From an uncultured Candidatus Binatia bacterium (GTDB lineage Bacteria; Desulfobacterota; Binatia; UBA9968; CAXXLF01): a stretch of DNA of 64,000 nucleotides. Position numbers and translations under genes: made by a program. Within the stretch, counting starts at the first letter, position 1. Every line of letters begins with the position of its first letter. The notes beneath the pieces were generated by a model. It saw nothing but the letters and a program-made list of their open reading frames with translations, searched no databases and was not told the origin of the DNA. The stretch is taken from contig OZ244621.1 in assembly GCA_965218425.1 (NCBI GenBank), positions 448,001 to 512,000 of the forward strand. The letters run 5' to 3'. Shown here one piece after another: positions 1 through 10,287 of this stretch.

Positions 1-320
1 TGTCCATCGACACGGCCTCGATCTTGATGCGCACCATCTGCTCCCTCTGTAGTTGCTCGAAGACCTAGTCCAGCACCCCGTTCTTCGACCAGCGATTCAT
101 TCGAGTGTAGATCGTGTGCCAATTGCCCAACCGAGACGGTAACCCACGCCACTTGCAACCATGCTCCGCTACATACAAGATAGCGTTCAGCACCTGGCGG
201 TTCGAAAGGCTGACATTACCCCACTGCACCGCAAGCTACGGCGCAATACGGTCGTACTGGGCTTGAGTCAGTTCCATCCCCAAAGTGTAACGTATTTCCA
301 GCATTAGTGTTTACAGGACC
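1..320 (-). pseudogene. IS5-family (IS427-group-like) transposase, 5' part with two in-frame TAG stops; element end at ~320; runs off window
   Basis: Manual translation from ATG 277: MELTQAQYDRIAP*LAVQWGNVSLSNRQVLNAILYVAEHGCKWRGLPSRLGNWHTIYTRMNRWSKNGVLD*VFEQLQREQMVRIKIEAVSMD. TAG at 238-236 and 67-65. Terminal sequence GGTCCTGTAAACACTAATG is adjacent to TA (321-322). Confidence 0.85.
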
Positions 321-662
321 TAACCCTTGGGAACAAAGCTATTTATCCGTCTCGGGGCCCTTGCCTTATTGGCCCGATCATCAGGAAAGTCGTTGCTGGT
401 AGGCCCATGAGCTTCTACCCGTTGGCTCTTCCGGATGATAGTGGCGGCGAGTTATTCGTTGCGGTGGATAAATTTCCTGTCATAGGTATCCAACTGTTAC
501 CAGAGAGGTCTGAGATCCCCAAACTGCTGGTTTGCGAAATCTCTGAGTGATGGGTGAGACAAAGAGGGCCGCTGAGGAGCAGGTAGACGAGGCTCTCAAA
601 TGCGGGAAAAACATCGGACCATTTCAAGAGAGTCCCAAGGCGACCACATCCGCAAGTACCTA

Positions 663-1752
663 TTGATCCTCGTATAATATAATGACATCAGAAAAGGCTG
701 GACTGTTTCCAGAAGGCGGTAACGAGACGAGGCCTGCGGCGCATTCGGCAAAGGGCGCGACGAGCATGGTGGCTGAGTTGAGCGAAGTCCTTGGCACAGA
801 AGTTGGGCAGTTCATGATGCTTCCAGTATCCCCAGAGGTATTCGACGGGATTCAGTTCCGGTGCATAGGCCGGCAACCGTTCCAGCACCAACGCGCCTTC
901 GGTAGCGGCAACAAAGTCCCGAACCAACCGGCTCCGGTGGCTGGGCAGTCCGTCCCACACTACCAGCAGCGGCCCGGAAACATGACGCATCAAGTGCTTC
1001 AGGAATTCGATGATCTGGGGGCTCTTGATGGCTCCCGGATACACTCGAAAGTACAAGCGCCACCAGGTGACTCCGGCGATGGCCGACAGACTCTTCCAGT
1101 TGAAGTGATATTGCAGCACTGGCGTCTGTCCTCGGGGCGACCACGTACGATACCGATTCGGCCGCTCGCTCAGCCCGCTTTCGTCCACGAACACTATGGT
1201 TCGCCCCTCGTTTCGGGCTTTTTTTTAATCTCCGGCCAGCGCTTCTTCTTCCACTGCCGGATCGCCTCTTCATCTCGTTCCAAGGCACGTCCCGTCGGCC
1301 GCTGGCAACTCCACCCCAACTGCCGCAATATCCGCCAAACATGGCCCGGATGGTATGTGACTCCGCAGGCTTCCCCAATCAAGTGGGCCACTCGCCTTGC
1401 GGTCCACAGGCTCGTGTCGTACCCCAGCGCTTCGGGTCCCCGTTTCAAACCGCCCTCGATCTTCTTCAGATCCGCCGGGCTCAGTCGCGGCTTGCGTCCG
1501 GCACGCCCCGCCTGCTTGAGCCCGGCTCTGCCGCTCTCGGCCAACTGCCGCGCCCATCGATTCACCGACTGGCGGTGCACTCCCACCCAACGCGCCACCT
1601 CCGCCTCCGACAGCCCTCGCTTCAACAGCCTCCCCGCCTCCATCCGCCGTCGCTCCAATGCTTCAAAGTCCCGTCGCACTCCAAGTGGGTTTCCCATACC
1701 ACCACTATACATTAAGTTCTTATCCAATGTTACTATATTATGCGGTTCTCAA
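663..1752 (-). mobile_element. IS630-family insertion sequence, complete
   Basis: Imperfect ~26-bp terminal IRs (TTGATCCTCGTATAATATAATGACAT vs TTGAGAACCGCATAATATAGTAACAT), TA on both flanks (661-662, 1753-1754), HTH ORF plus DDE_3 ORF. Confidence 0.92.
688..1697 (-). CDS. IS630 transposase as two ORFs (wHTH 1697-1194; DDE ~1220-688) joined by a probable -1 frameshift
   Basis: Motifs FVDESG, VVWDGLPSH, LPAYAPELNPVEYLW. A8G slippery run at ~1226-1218 (minus strand) in the overlap. Confidence 0.9.
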
Positions 1753-1763
1753 TAGATAAGTTA

Positions 1764-1810
1764 TGGAGCCACCCGGCGGACTCGAACCGCCGACCTACTG
1801 ATTACGAATC
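1764..1810 (-). repeat. Displaced 3' half of tRNA-Thr (distal att site of the island array)
   Basis: 47 nt matching 26353-26399 with 3 differences: a compensatory T-stem pair swap (GGCGG/CCGCC vs GCCGG/CCGGC) and one T-loop base. Ends in CCA; homology stops just past the anticodon loop. Confidence 0.92.
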
Positions 1811-2134
1811 GCGGTAGGGTTGAGGCACAAACCAAGAAGACCCAAGCATTCCCAACTATTTTGGCAGCCTAGAGCTTCTATGATTGGGGTTGTTTGGGTC
1901 TCTTGGGAAGCAGTTCTCGGACAAAAGACGGACAGTGATCTAGAGATACCTTTGTGCATTTCGTTAGTAAATAAGTGACAAACTCGAACTCTGGACTCTC
2001 CGATTAAGAGTTTCCTCGAAGAGGCGACTAAGATGAAAAAAATAGTTGTGCGGACCAAAGAAGGAGGACGTGACCTGCTCCCCTTGATTGTCCTCACCTA
2101 GAGGTTAGTCTTTGACCGAAGAGGAGGGGCACGC

Positions 2135-2401
2135 ATGCGCAAGAGCAGGTTCAGCGAAACACAGATCGTCGGGATTCTGAAGGAGCACCAGGCGGGGCTG
2201 GGGGCGACGGAGCTGTGTCGCAAGCACGGCGTCAGTGACGCGACGTTGTACAAGTGGCGCTCGAAGTATAGCGGGCTGGAGGTGTCTGAGGCGAAACGGC
2301 TTCGGAGCCTGGAGACGGAGAACGCCAAGCTGAAGCGTCTTTTGGCGGACGCGATGCTGGACGTATCGACGCTCAAGGAGATGGTGGGAAAAGACTTCTG
2401 A
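2135..2401 (+). CDS. IS3-family transposase OrfA
   Basis: [17 protein letters not shown]...[22 protein letters not shown]_Tnp_1 signature. Confidence 0.93.
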   Translation: MRKSRFSETQIVGILKEHQAGLGATELCRKHGVSDATLYKWRSKYSGLEVSEAKRLRSLETENAKLKRLLADAMLDVSTLKEMVGKDF

Positions 2402-3202
2402 CGCCCAGGTCCAGGAGAGAAGCCGTGGACTGGGCGATGAAGGAAAAGGGTGACTCGCAGCGGCGGGCTTGTGGTCTGTTGGGCATCGAGCCGCGGGTCT
2501 ACCGTTATCGGTCGATGAGACCGGATGACGGGGAGTTACGGCAGAAGCTGCGGGAGCTGGCGGCGGAACGCCGTCGTTTCGGGTATCGGCGCCTGCACCT
2601 GTTGCTGGCGCGGGAAGGCGTGGTGGTGAATCGCAAGAAGCTCTACCAGCTCTACAAGGAGGAGAAGTTGGCGGTGCGCAAACGGGGCGGTCGCAAGCGG
2701 GCGCTTGGGAGCCGGGCGCCGATGACGATCCCGCAAGGGGCCAATCAGCGCTGGTCGGTGGACTTCGCATCCGACGCCTTGGTCGACAGCCGGCGTTTCC
2801 GTGTGCTCTGCGTGATCGACGACTTCACACGGGAGTGCCTGGCCACCATCGTAGACAACTCCATCACCGCAGAGCGGGTTGCCCGAGAACTGGACCACAT
2901 CGCTCAACGGCGCGGTGATCCCCTCCTAGTGGTGTCCGATAACGGCACCGAGTTCACGTCGAATGCGATGCTGCGATGGCAGCAGGGTCGCCGGGTAGAG
3001 TGGCACGACATCGCTCCGGGCAAGCCCATGCAGAACGGGTTGGTGGAGAGCTTCATCGGGCGTGTGCGTGATGAATGCCTGAACGAGCACATATTCATCA
3101 GCTACCGCCATGCGCGAGAGATCATCGAAGACTGGAGGGTTGAGGTAGCCCAGGTTTGACGGACACCTAAAAAGGGGACAAGATCCCCGCAGGAGGTGTT
3201 CG

Positions 3203-3493
3203 ATGGGCAAGCGAAGGCGTTTCACCCAAGAGTTTAAGTTGGAAGCTGTTCGACTGCTGGAGGCGGGCGCTCGGCCAGCAGCGGAGATTGCACGGGAACT
3301 GGGAGTACCTCGCAATCGACTGTACAAGTGGCAGGAGCAAGTGACGAGGAAAGGGGCGGCTGCGTTTCCCGGCACAGGTCGAGGTAGAGACAACGATGAG
3401 GTAGCACGGTTAAGGCGAGAGCTGGAGCGGGTAACGCAACAACGAGATATATTAAAAAAGGCCGCAGCGTACTTTGCCAAGGAGCTCAAGTAA
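3203..3493 (+). CDS. IS3 transposase OrfA
   Basis: RRRFTQEFKLEAVRL...ILKKAAAYFAKE. A6G slippery site at 3454-3460. Confidence 0.93.
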   Translation: MGKRRRFTQEFKLEAVRLLEAGARPAAEIARELGVPRNRLYKWQEQVTRKGAAAFPGTGRGRDNDEVARLRRELERVTQQRDILKKAAAYFAKELK

Positions 3494-3534
3494 AGTACGC
3501 GTTTATACGAGCTCACAGGACAGAGTTTAGGGTA

Positions 3535-4353
3535 GTGAGGATGTGCGAGGTATTAGAGGTCAGTCGTAGTGGGTACTACGACTGGAGCGGTCGAGGGGAG
3601 TCTCGGCGTAGAGCACAGGATAAGGTTGTGATCAAAGAGATCCGCAAGGTGCACGAGAGCTACAAGGAAGCGTACGGGGCAGTCAAGACATGGCTGACGC
3701 TGAAGGAGGCGGGGGTGACATGTGGGAAGCATGGGGTGGCGAGGCTGAGGAGTTTAGTGGGGATAGAGACGCGTCGGGTGCAAAGGTTTCGATTGGCCTA
3801 CAAGGCTCGTCACAGTGCGCCACCGGCACCGAACTTGTTGCGTCAACGCTTCGAAGCGTCAGGCCCCGACCAGGTATGGATGGCCGATATTACCTTCATT
3901 GGTACCCGATCTGGGTGGTTATACCTGGCGGTAGTGGTGGACCTTTACTCTCGGCTGGTGGTGGGATGGTCAATGAAGCAACGTCCCACACAGGAGTTGG
4001 TCAGTGAAGCTTTACTGATGGCTATCGAACAGCGCCAGCCTATGGCGGGGCTGATTCACCATAGCGACCAAGGAATCCAATACGCTAGCAATCACTACGT
4101 TGAGTTGCTCAAACGCCATGGGGTGGTGCGCAGCATGAGCCGCAAAGGGAATTGCTACGACAATGCAGTGGTCGAGAGTTTGTTCAGCTCACTAAAGAAT
4201 GAACTTGTACACCATCAGGATTATAAGACGAGGCAGGACGCTAGGTCGGATATCTTCGACTACATTGAACTGTTTTATAACCGAAGAAGAAAGCATGAGT
4301 CGCTGGGATACCACACCCCAATGGCATATGACTCGATCAAACGTGTGGCTTAA
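3535..4353 (+). CDS. IS3 transposase OrfB (DDE)
   Basis: WMADITFI, HHSDQGIQY, GNCYDNAVVESLF motifs. Confidence 0.95.
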   Translation: MRMCEVLEVSRSGYYDWSGRGESRRRAQDKVVIKEIRKVHESYKEAYGAVKTWLTLKEAGVTCGKHGVARLRSLVGIETRRVQRFRLAYKARHSAPPAPNLLRQRFEASGPDQVWMADITFIGTRSGWLYLAVVVDLYSRLVVGWSMKQRPTQELVSEALLMAIEQRQPMAGLIHHSDQGIQYASNHYVELLKRHGVVRSMSRKGNCYDNAVVESLFSSLKNELVHHQDYKTRQDARSDIFDYIELFYNRRRKHESLGYHTPMAYDSIKRVA

Positions 4354-4523
4354 TTAACTGTCCGTGAAACCCGGGTCGCTTCAGGTCGACTACAACGCCA
4401 GAAGACCACACACGAACCTTAACGGACTCACACCGATGGAGTTTGCAACCCGGTCCGGAGCGGACCACAACGAAACACCACTAACTTATAGGTGAGGACA
4501 AAAAGGGGAGCAGGTCAGACGAA

Positions 4524-5094
4524 ATGAAGTATTTTGAGGAGTTTCATCCGTCCGGTTACATGTTCTGAGAAAGAATCAGTGAACCGAACGCCTTCGATGC
4601 GGGTATTGGCAAGATCGTTTTATGTTTCTCCTATCTAGAGGATATAGTCTCAAACACTCTTTTGCGGCTCCTGGAACTCCATCCCGGCGACGGGTGGATC
4701 GTCACGTCTGAACTATCGTTCAAGAATAAGGTGGACATGAGGCGAGCCTGGTCCGACAGCGGCTCGTGTCAACGCGGTTCAACGTTGGAGACAACCCTCC
4801 GGCGAGGTACTGGATGAACTGGTCAAGATCCTGTTTCAGGCTGAGGAGCTTCACAGTCGGATAATGCACTCATCGTGGGGCTGGACAATGCGGAACGATG
4901 AGCGTTGGACGCGGAGCAAGATCACGACCAAAGCTAATCACGGATTAAGGGAGCAGTCAGAAGAGATGGGGCCCGATGAGCTCCTCGACATCGCCGACTA
5001 TATCTGCTGTGTAGGGATGGATGTTGAGGAATTTTTTCTAGACATGGAGACAAAATGCTCATTGGAGGACTCTAGTGGAGACGAGTCCACATAA
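4524..5094 (+). pseudogene. Hypothetical protein pseudogene (one stop, at least two frameshifts)
   Basis: MKYFEEFHPSGYMF*ERISEPNAFDAGIGKIVLCFSYLEDIVS...ELSFKNKVDM / ASLVRQR / ELVKILFQAEELHSRIMHSSW... Its RBS (AAGGAGG 2061-2067) is separated from the ATG by the IS3. Confidence 0.6.
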
Positions 5095-5240
5095 CTCGCG
5101 CCTTCAACCGCCCTCCAGCTGGACACTACGTGTTTCTAACTTCGCAGTAAGAGGAGGAGCCGATTAGGGTTTGCTGTCCATTTAAGCCCGGTCAGATTGG
5201 ACCCGCACTGGGCCTGGATTCGCTCTGCATCAGACCCTCA

Positions 5241-5319
5241 GGACGTAATGAATGAGCTAATGAATTGCGTCTGGTGCGTTTAGTAGATTTTTTGAAAGGG
5301 AAGCAGTGGCCGTTAAGGA
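5241..5319. repeat. 79-bp direct repeat, second copy at 24130-24208; possible IS91-like element end
   Basis: 74/79 identity by direct comparison. Confidence 0.85.
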
Positions 5320-5469
5320 AGACCATGCCCGAGGAACAAGTATGCTAAAACCCAAAACACGGAGACGACTAGCTTGTTAGGCCTCGAAAATGTACTGACA
5401 CATGATTAACATTGAAAAAATTACTATTAATTCAGTTGCGACACAAGGACTAGTACTAATGTAGCCGAT

Positions 5470-6156
5470 TTATAGAGACTTTGATCTCGCTGTTTCACCC
5501 ACGCCGTTTTGGACTGGTTGGTGTGCGTTGTCAACCTGCGTCTTCGCTCGCTTATATTCTATTGTCGCCTCGCGCAAAACAATAAGTGCTGTATGTAAAA
5601 ATAGCACGGCGATTCCTGTGCCAATCAGCAGATCGGGCCATGATGCGTTTAGCCCCCACACACCGACCGCTGCGACCAGAACGGAGAGATTGACGATAAT
5701 ATCATTTCGCGAACAAAGCCATGTCGAGCGCATATTAAGATCATCCGAGCGATGACGATACAGAAGAAAGAAACAAAGGCCATTTCCCAGTAACACTAAT
5801 GTCCCGATAATGCCCATTGTCTGTGCGGTAGGCACGATATCCGCGAACCATTTGTATGCGGCTTCGATCAGGACCCCGAGGCCAAACATAGCCATAATGG
5901 CACCCTTGAAAATTGCCGCCATGACTCGCCACATCTCACTGCGCCAAAGGACGTACAGACTGAATCCGTACACCAGTGAATCGCCCAACATATCCAGCGA
6001 ATCGGCCAGGAGGGCTGTCGACCCAGCCAAAATGCCTGCGATGAATTCGACGAAAAAGAGGCCTGCATTGATGGCCAATACGATTTTAAGGATCTTCGAA
6101 TGGTCAGTTCTCAGTCTTTCGATTTCGCCTGATTTTGTCTCGCAACAGGAATCCAC
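5470..6156 (-). CDS. Cation diffusion facilitator (CzcD-like Co/Zn/Cd efflux), short form
   Basis: STALLADSLDMLGD and DDLNMRSTWLCSRND motifs, hydrophobic helices, N-terminal SCC; likely GTG start at 6156. Confidence 0.88.
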   Translation of the reverse strand: MDSCCETKSGEIERLRTDHSKILKIVLAINAGLFFVEFIAGILAGSTALLADSLDMLGDSLVYGFSLYVLWRSEMWRVMAAIFKGAIMAMFGLGVLIEAAYKWFADIVPTAQTMGIIGTLVLLGNGLCFFLLYRHRSDDLNMRSTWLCSRNDIIVNLSVLVAAVGVWGLNASWPDLLIGTGIAVLFLHTALIVLREATIEYKRAKTQVDNAHQPVQNGVGETARSKSL

Positions 6157-6433
6157 GGCTCTTACCTTACCATTGGGTGAACGCGGATGCCAGGAAAACG
6201 GCAAACAATGCTCACCTCGGCCAATACATGACGATGGAGATCAGAGCGAACATTGAGACAAATACGAAGTGTGGTGGAGTCGGGGAAGACTATTACCAAG
6301 GCACCAATATCACAGGTAATTTGGCTGTCAACGAGTCCAGGAGGAAATTAAACGACGCATTCATTGCGTTTCACCGGCCCAGCGAGACCAACTCATTGAT
6401 AGTCAAACGATCGGCTTTAAGCCTGCGACGCCC

Positions 6434-6459
6434 AAAAAGGGGACAAGATCCCCGCAGGA
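6434..6459 (+). repeat. 26-bp remnant identical to the inner left end of the nested IS3
   Basis: AAAAAGGGGACAAGATCCCCGCAGGA also occurs at 3169-3194. Confidence 0.8.
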
Positions 6460-6483
6460 CGAAATCGAATAAATTTCATGCAC

Positions 6484-7386
6484 TCACATTGCCAAGATAT
6501 GTTTCTCTATGAGCTCTTTTACGGCGGTAATGGTTGGGGTCTCTGTGTGACGTCGTCGCTCAACAAGCATAAAACTGGCAGATAGATCAACGCCTTTGAC
6601 GGTCAACCGAACAAGCTGCTTTTCCCTGAGCTCGCCTCGGACAGTGAACTCCGGTAAGATGCTTACTCCGATTCCTGCGCGAGTGATTTCTTTCATCCCC
6701 TCGAAGCTACTGATTCGTGCAACAACGGTGTATTCTGACAAACCCTGCTTTTCCAACATCCTCTCTAACATTTGTGTGTATGCGCCACCTTTGAGCCCCA
6801 TCACGAGTGGTGTAAATCGTAATTCCTTGAGCGGAGCAGATCTTTTCCCTGAAAGAAGGTGGTCAGGAGATGCCACAAAATGAAGTTTTTCCGTTCTAAG
6901 CTGTGTTGCTACAAGATCCGTAGGGTATTTATCGGCTAAAATGAGCGCTACGTCCACTTCCCCGTGGCGGACGGATTCCCAAAGGCGATATACGGTCTCA
7001 GCTAAGATGGTGACTCGGACTTTCTGATACTTTTCGCGAATATTTTTTACTATTATTGGGAGCACGTAGCTTGCGATACCGGATACGGCTCCAATTCTGA
7101 CCTCACCTCCGATACCACCCGCGAGGTCCAGGAATAACCTTTCCAGATCCTCGGTTCTATTGTTCACCTCCCTGGCAAAGTCCAGAAAAATCCTTCCGGC
7201 TTCGGTTAGCTGCAATGGCCGCGGCGATCTCTCAAAAAACTTGAGTCCCGCCTGCTCCTCGAGTAGAGCAATTTTAGTGCTTAAAGTGGATTGGGACAAA
7301 CGGAGCCGTTTGGCAGCTTTAGTAAAACTTCTTTCTTCACATACTCCAAGAAAGGCTCGAAGGCTATCCCGTGAATATTCCATCAT
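6484..7386 (-). CDS. LysR-family transcriptional regulator (CysL-like), divergent from the catabolic operon
   Basis: SFTKAAKRLRLSQSTLSTKIALLEEQAG HTH plus LysR substrate-binding domain. Confidence 0.95.
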   Translation of the reverse strand: MMEYSRDSLRAFLGVCEERSFTKAAKRLRLSQSTLSTKIALLEEQAGLKFFERSPRPLQLTEAGRIFLDFAREVNNRTEDLERLFLDLAGGIGGEVRIGAVSGIASYVLPIIVKNIREKYQKVRVTILAETVYRLWESVRHGEVDVALILADKYPTDLVATQLRTEKLHFVASPDHLLSGKRSAPLKELRFTPLVMGLKGGAYTQMLERMLEKQGLSEYTVVARISSFEGMKEITRAGIGVSILPEFTVRGELREKQLVRLTVKGVDLSASFMLVERRRHTETPTITAVKELIEKHILAM

Positions 7387-7390
7387 ATAT

Positions 7391-7448
7391 ATCGATAATT
7401 TTAATCAATAATTTCTATTTGACAGATAATATCCGTAAATCGTCTAAT
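7391..7448 (+). promoter_or_regulatory. LysR boxes (T-N11-A) and sigma70-like promoter for the 7536-16465 operon
   Basis: ATCGATAATTTTAAT and ATCA-N7-CTAT directly abut TTGACA (7419-7424); TCTAAT is a candidate -10. Confidence 0.55.
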
Positions 7449-7535
7449 ACGCAACACGCTCAGATACAACCGTGAAATTTCGTCAGGGTTCCGATCAAAA
7501 CAAACGAGTAATCGAATAAATCACGGAGGGTAACT

Positions 7536-8378
7536 ATGACTAGGCTGGACAGAGCAAAGAGCTTCGGTCAACGTGCGGCGCACGAATTAGCTGTGCTGGC
7601 GGCTCGCTTCGCAGCCGGGGAAGCGGAACTTATTTCCACTTACTTCAACTGGGACAGACGGAGTCGAGAGACGGACATTCACTGGCTTACGAAACAAGTT
7701 GGTCGAGAAATCGAATCCGCCTTTACCGCATTCAAGGGCATTCAGAAGCATCTGGAAGGGGACCCGCCCCGCGTAGATAGGAAATGGGTCGAGGAAGAAC
7801 TTTTCAGAGCCAAACAAGAAATGAACCATGGCAACCTGTATGCGGATATCCTGGAAAGTCTCACTGGTGAGCGCATTGATACAATGGAAGTGGTCCGTCG
7901 TTACAACCGATGGAATCCCGACTCGTCTCTGCCGAACACTAAGGAGTATGTCAAGCTCGCTGCGCTGTTCCGTGAGCAGGAAGAACGATCCGAACCATGG
8001 GCACGACTCGTTACTTCAGGTGGGCTTTTAGAGGGGGGTAGCTGTGGCTTATTTTACGCGGCTGCGTTACTCAAAGGTAAAGGCAATGATCTAGACGAGC
8101 AACTTGCGAGCGCAAACGAAATTGTTCTTAGAGACGAACGGGGACACGGTCCAGCAAACCTTCTGGAGATTTCAGAGCTGATCACTACTGAGGAGGCGTT
8201 GCAAGAAGCGAAAGAAATGCTGCAAAAGCGAGGGGAACAACGGTTGCGATCCCGTAACGAACAATTTAGCCACCCGCTCAGTGAAGAGCGAATCGCTGAA
8301 ATCGCCCGGGGAAAGGTCGACGTCAGCGTTGTAAAAGAAGTATGGGGAGAAAATCTTTATAGCTTTGTGGAAAGGTAG
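7536..8378 (+). CDS. Ferritin-like (four-helix di-iron carboxylate) protein of unknown function
   Basis: E...ExxH (QEMNH)...E...DExxH (RDERGH) spacing; RBS GGAGG. Confidence 0.7.
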   Translation: MTRLDRAKSFGQRAAHELAVLAARFAAGEAELISTYFNWDRRSRETDIHWLTKQVGREIESAFTAFKGIQKHLEGDPPRVDRKWVEEELFRAKQEMNHGNLYADILESLTGERIDTMEVVRRYNRWNPDSSLPNTKEYVKLAALFREQEERSEPWARLVTSGGLLEGGSCGLFYAAALLKGKGNDLDEQLASANEIVLRDERGHGPANLLEISELITTEEALQEAKEMLQKRGEQRLRSRNEQFSHPLSEERIAEIARGKVDVSVVKEVWGENLYSFVER

Positions 8379-8568
8379 AAATGTCAAAACTAGACGGTTG
8401 TTTCAGATCAAGGGTCATACATGGCTTTATAAATGATCGGTCCCTGTTCGCTTGGACTATGGCAGAAGCATGACTTTATGTGAGGCCTTTTCCTGTTGGT
8501 TACGTTTATTTAGGCGCATTGGTCACTTTGGGTTGTAGACCAAGAATCTTAAAGGAGGGAGACAAAAA

Positions 8569-10266
8569 ATGGCAATGATGACTGGCGGTTTCGCAGCAGT
8601 CGAAACGTTGCGCTCAGAGGGCGTACGCCACGTTTTCGGACTAATAGGTTCTTCTACAATGGAAATGTACGATGCTTTGTACGACTGCTCTGAAGTAGAA
8701 TACATCGGAGCTCGACATGAGACCTGCGCCGCCATAATGGCTGATGCGTATGCAAGGGTATCCGGAGGTCCAGGGGTTTGCTTGGCCGGCCAAAACGGAC
8801 CTGGCGCTACCAACCTGATAACAGGAATTGCCCAAGCCTTTCTATCTTATTCGCCAGTGCTAGCCATTGTCGGGGCTGCATCCACTAGTCACATGGGGAA
8901 GGAATCCTTTCAGGAAGTGGACCAACAATCGCTTTTTGCGCCTGTTACCAAGAAATCTTTGATGGTTTACCAGCCTGAGCGAATCCCCGAGTTTCTGCTG
9001 GAAGGATTAAAGACCTGTATGGCAGGACGCCGAGGTCCCGTCGCTGTAAATATTCCACGGGATTTTATGGGCAAGGAGATTGAAGTCGAGTTTGTCCCGT
9101 CTCGCCAAAAGAGTTACAGCGGTTTGACCGAATGGCAAGCTGATCCGCAGCTGCTGGATGAAGCAGTGCAAATCCTCGCTGCAGCTGCGCGCCCGGTTAT
9201 TGTAGGAGGGGGTGGAATCAAATGGTCTCGGGCTACTGAGTTTACAGTATTGCTGGCCGAGCAACTCCAGTGCCCAGTTGTTGCTTCTGCAGGGCATGGG
9301 GATATAGTTCCCAGTGATTTTGAACTCTTCGGAGGCCAAGTCGGGCCTAGAGGAAACTGGGCTGCTACAGAAACAATGAAGAATGCTGACGTGATCTTAG
9401 CTTTGGGCACAAGGCTTGGCTTTAGCTCAACCTTCTATTCGCACGAATTTGTACCGCGTAACGCCCAAATAATTCAAGTGGAGATCGAGCCTGCTGCTAT
9501 TGGACGCTATTTTCCTGTGCACCTTGGCATTGTTGGAGACGTCAACAGGGTCGCTCGTGGCCTGTTGGAGCGAATAAAAACTATACCACAGCTGAACCAC
9601 ACAACGTGGCTAGAAGAATTCCAAAAAAACAAAAAACTGCTCGCTGAGCAGCGGCAAAGGGCAGCTGAAGAGTCATCGCCGCTGATTAAACCCGCGCGAC
9701 TGTTTGCCGAACTTCGTAAGTCGGTCCCGCGCGAGAGCATATTTTCGTTAGATGGCGGCACACTTTGTCTTCAGGCAGCTGATGCACTGCAATATTTTCA
9801 GCCACCAGCGTTGCTAACACAATTGGATTTTGGCCTTGTTGGCTTTTCATTACCAGCCGGGTTGGGCGCAAAGCTGGCTGCGCCAGAGAGGCCTGTGATC
9901 AGCCTTATGGGCGATGGAGGTTTAAGCATGACACTCGGCGAGATTGGCACAGCTGTTGCCCACCAGGTAGCCCTAGTTGCCATAGTGATGAATAATAACA
10001 GTTGGGGGGCAGAAAAGGCCTATCAAAAGGATTTCTTTGGCAAACGATATCTCGGTGTGGACCTAAAGAACCCGCGTTTCGATATAGTGGCACAATCATT
10101 TGGCGCTAGGGGCGCTTATGTGGAGGACCCAAGTCAGATAGGCTCACTGGTTGAAGAAGCCATTAGTAGCAAAACCTTTACAGTCATCGAAGTTCCGGTT
10201 GATCCCGAGGCTCTGTATACTTTTCGTCGTGACGCCTTCGCCCATCGAGCCACGAAAACCTCCTAA
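8569..10266 (+). CDS. ThDP-dependent enzyme, sulfoacetaldehyde acetyltransferase (Xsc)-like
   Basis: RHE..A..MADAYAR, QNGPGATN, GDGG...NN ThDP motif, followed by the Xsc-type WGAEK..Q..F...R segment. Confidence 0.8.
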   Translation: MAMMTGGFAAVETLRSEGVRHVFGLIGSSTMEMYDALYDCSEVEYIGARHETCAAIMADAYARVSGGPGVCLAGQNGPGATNLITGIAQAFLSYSPVLAIVGAASTSHMGKESFQEVDQQSLFAPVTKKSLMVYQPERIPEFLLEGLKTCMAGRRGPVAVNIPRDFMGKEIEVEFVPSRQKSYSGLTEWQADPQLLDEAVQILAAAARPVIVGGGGIKWSRATEFTVLLAEQLQCPVVASAGHGDIVPSDFELFGGQVGPRGNWAATETMKNADVILALGTRLGFSSTFYSHEFVPRNAQIIQVEIEPAAIGRYFPVHLGIVGDVNRVARGLLERIKTIPQLNHTTWLEEFQKNKKLLAEQRQRAAEESSPLIKPARLFAELRKSVPRESIFSLDGGTLCLQAADALQYFQPPALLTQLDFGLVGFSLPAGLGAKLAAPERPVISLMGDGGLSMTLGEIGTAVAHQVALVAIVMNNNSWGAEKAYQKDFFGKRYLGVDLKNPRFDIVAQSFGARGAYVEDPSQIGSLVEEAISSKTFTVIEVPVDPEALYTFRRDAFAHRATKTS

Positions 10267-10287
10267 CAAGAGATTGGAGGAGAATCT

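Larger units (their letters stand above)
3141..4383 (+). mobile_element. Nested IS3-family element, intact, 1243 bp
   Basis: TG...CA ends with IRs (TGAGGTAGCCCAGGTTTGACGGACA / TGTCCGTGAAACCCGGGTCGCTTCA) and 3-bp duplication GGT (3138-3140, 4384-4386). Confidence 0.93.
2425..4495 (+). pseudogene. IS3 OrfB (rve integrase core) split by nested IS; C-terminus resumes at 4387
   Basis: [20 protein letters not shown] motifs. Removing 3141-4386 restores IEDWRVDYNARRPHTNLNGLTP...*. Confidence 0.9.
2071..4517 (+). mobile_element. IS3-family (IS407-group-like) element interrupted by a second IS3
   Basis: IRs TGACCTGCTCCCC...GGGGAGCAGGTCA and 4-bp target duplication GACG (2067-2070, 4518-4521). Confidence 0.93.

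Noticed and set aside
65..238. Two in-frame TAG codons in the IS5 transposase as possible pyrrolysine or stop-codon reassignment
   Set aside because: TAG terminates many intact genes in this window and the element is a decayed IS; nonsense mutations explain it.
682..1755. 357-aa plus-strand ORF spanning the IS630
   Set aside because: Antisense shadow of the transposase with no recognisable motifs.
4566..4568. In-frame TGA in the 4524 hypothetical gene as Sec
   Set aside because: The gene also has frameshifts and lost its RBS; it is a pseudogene.
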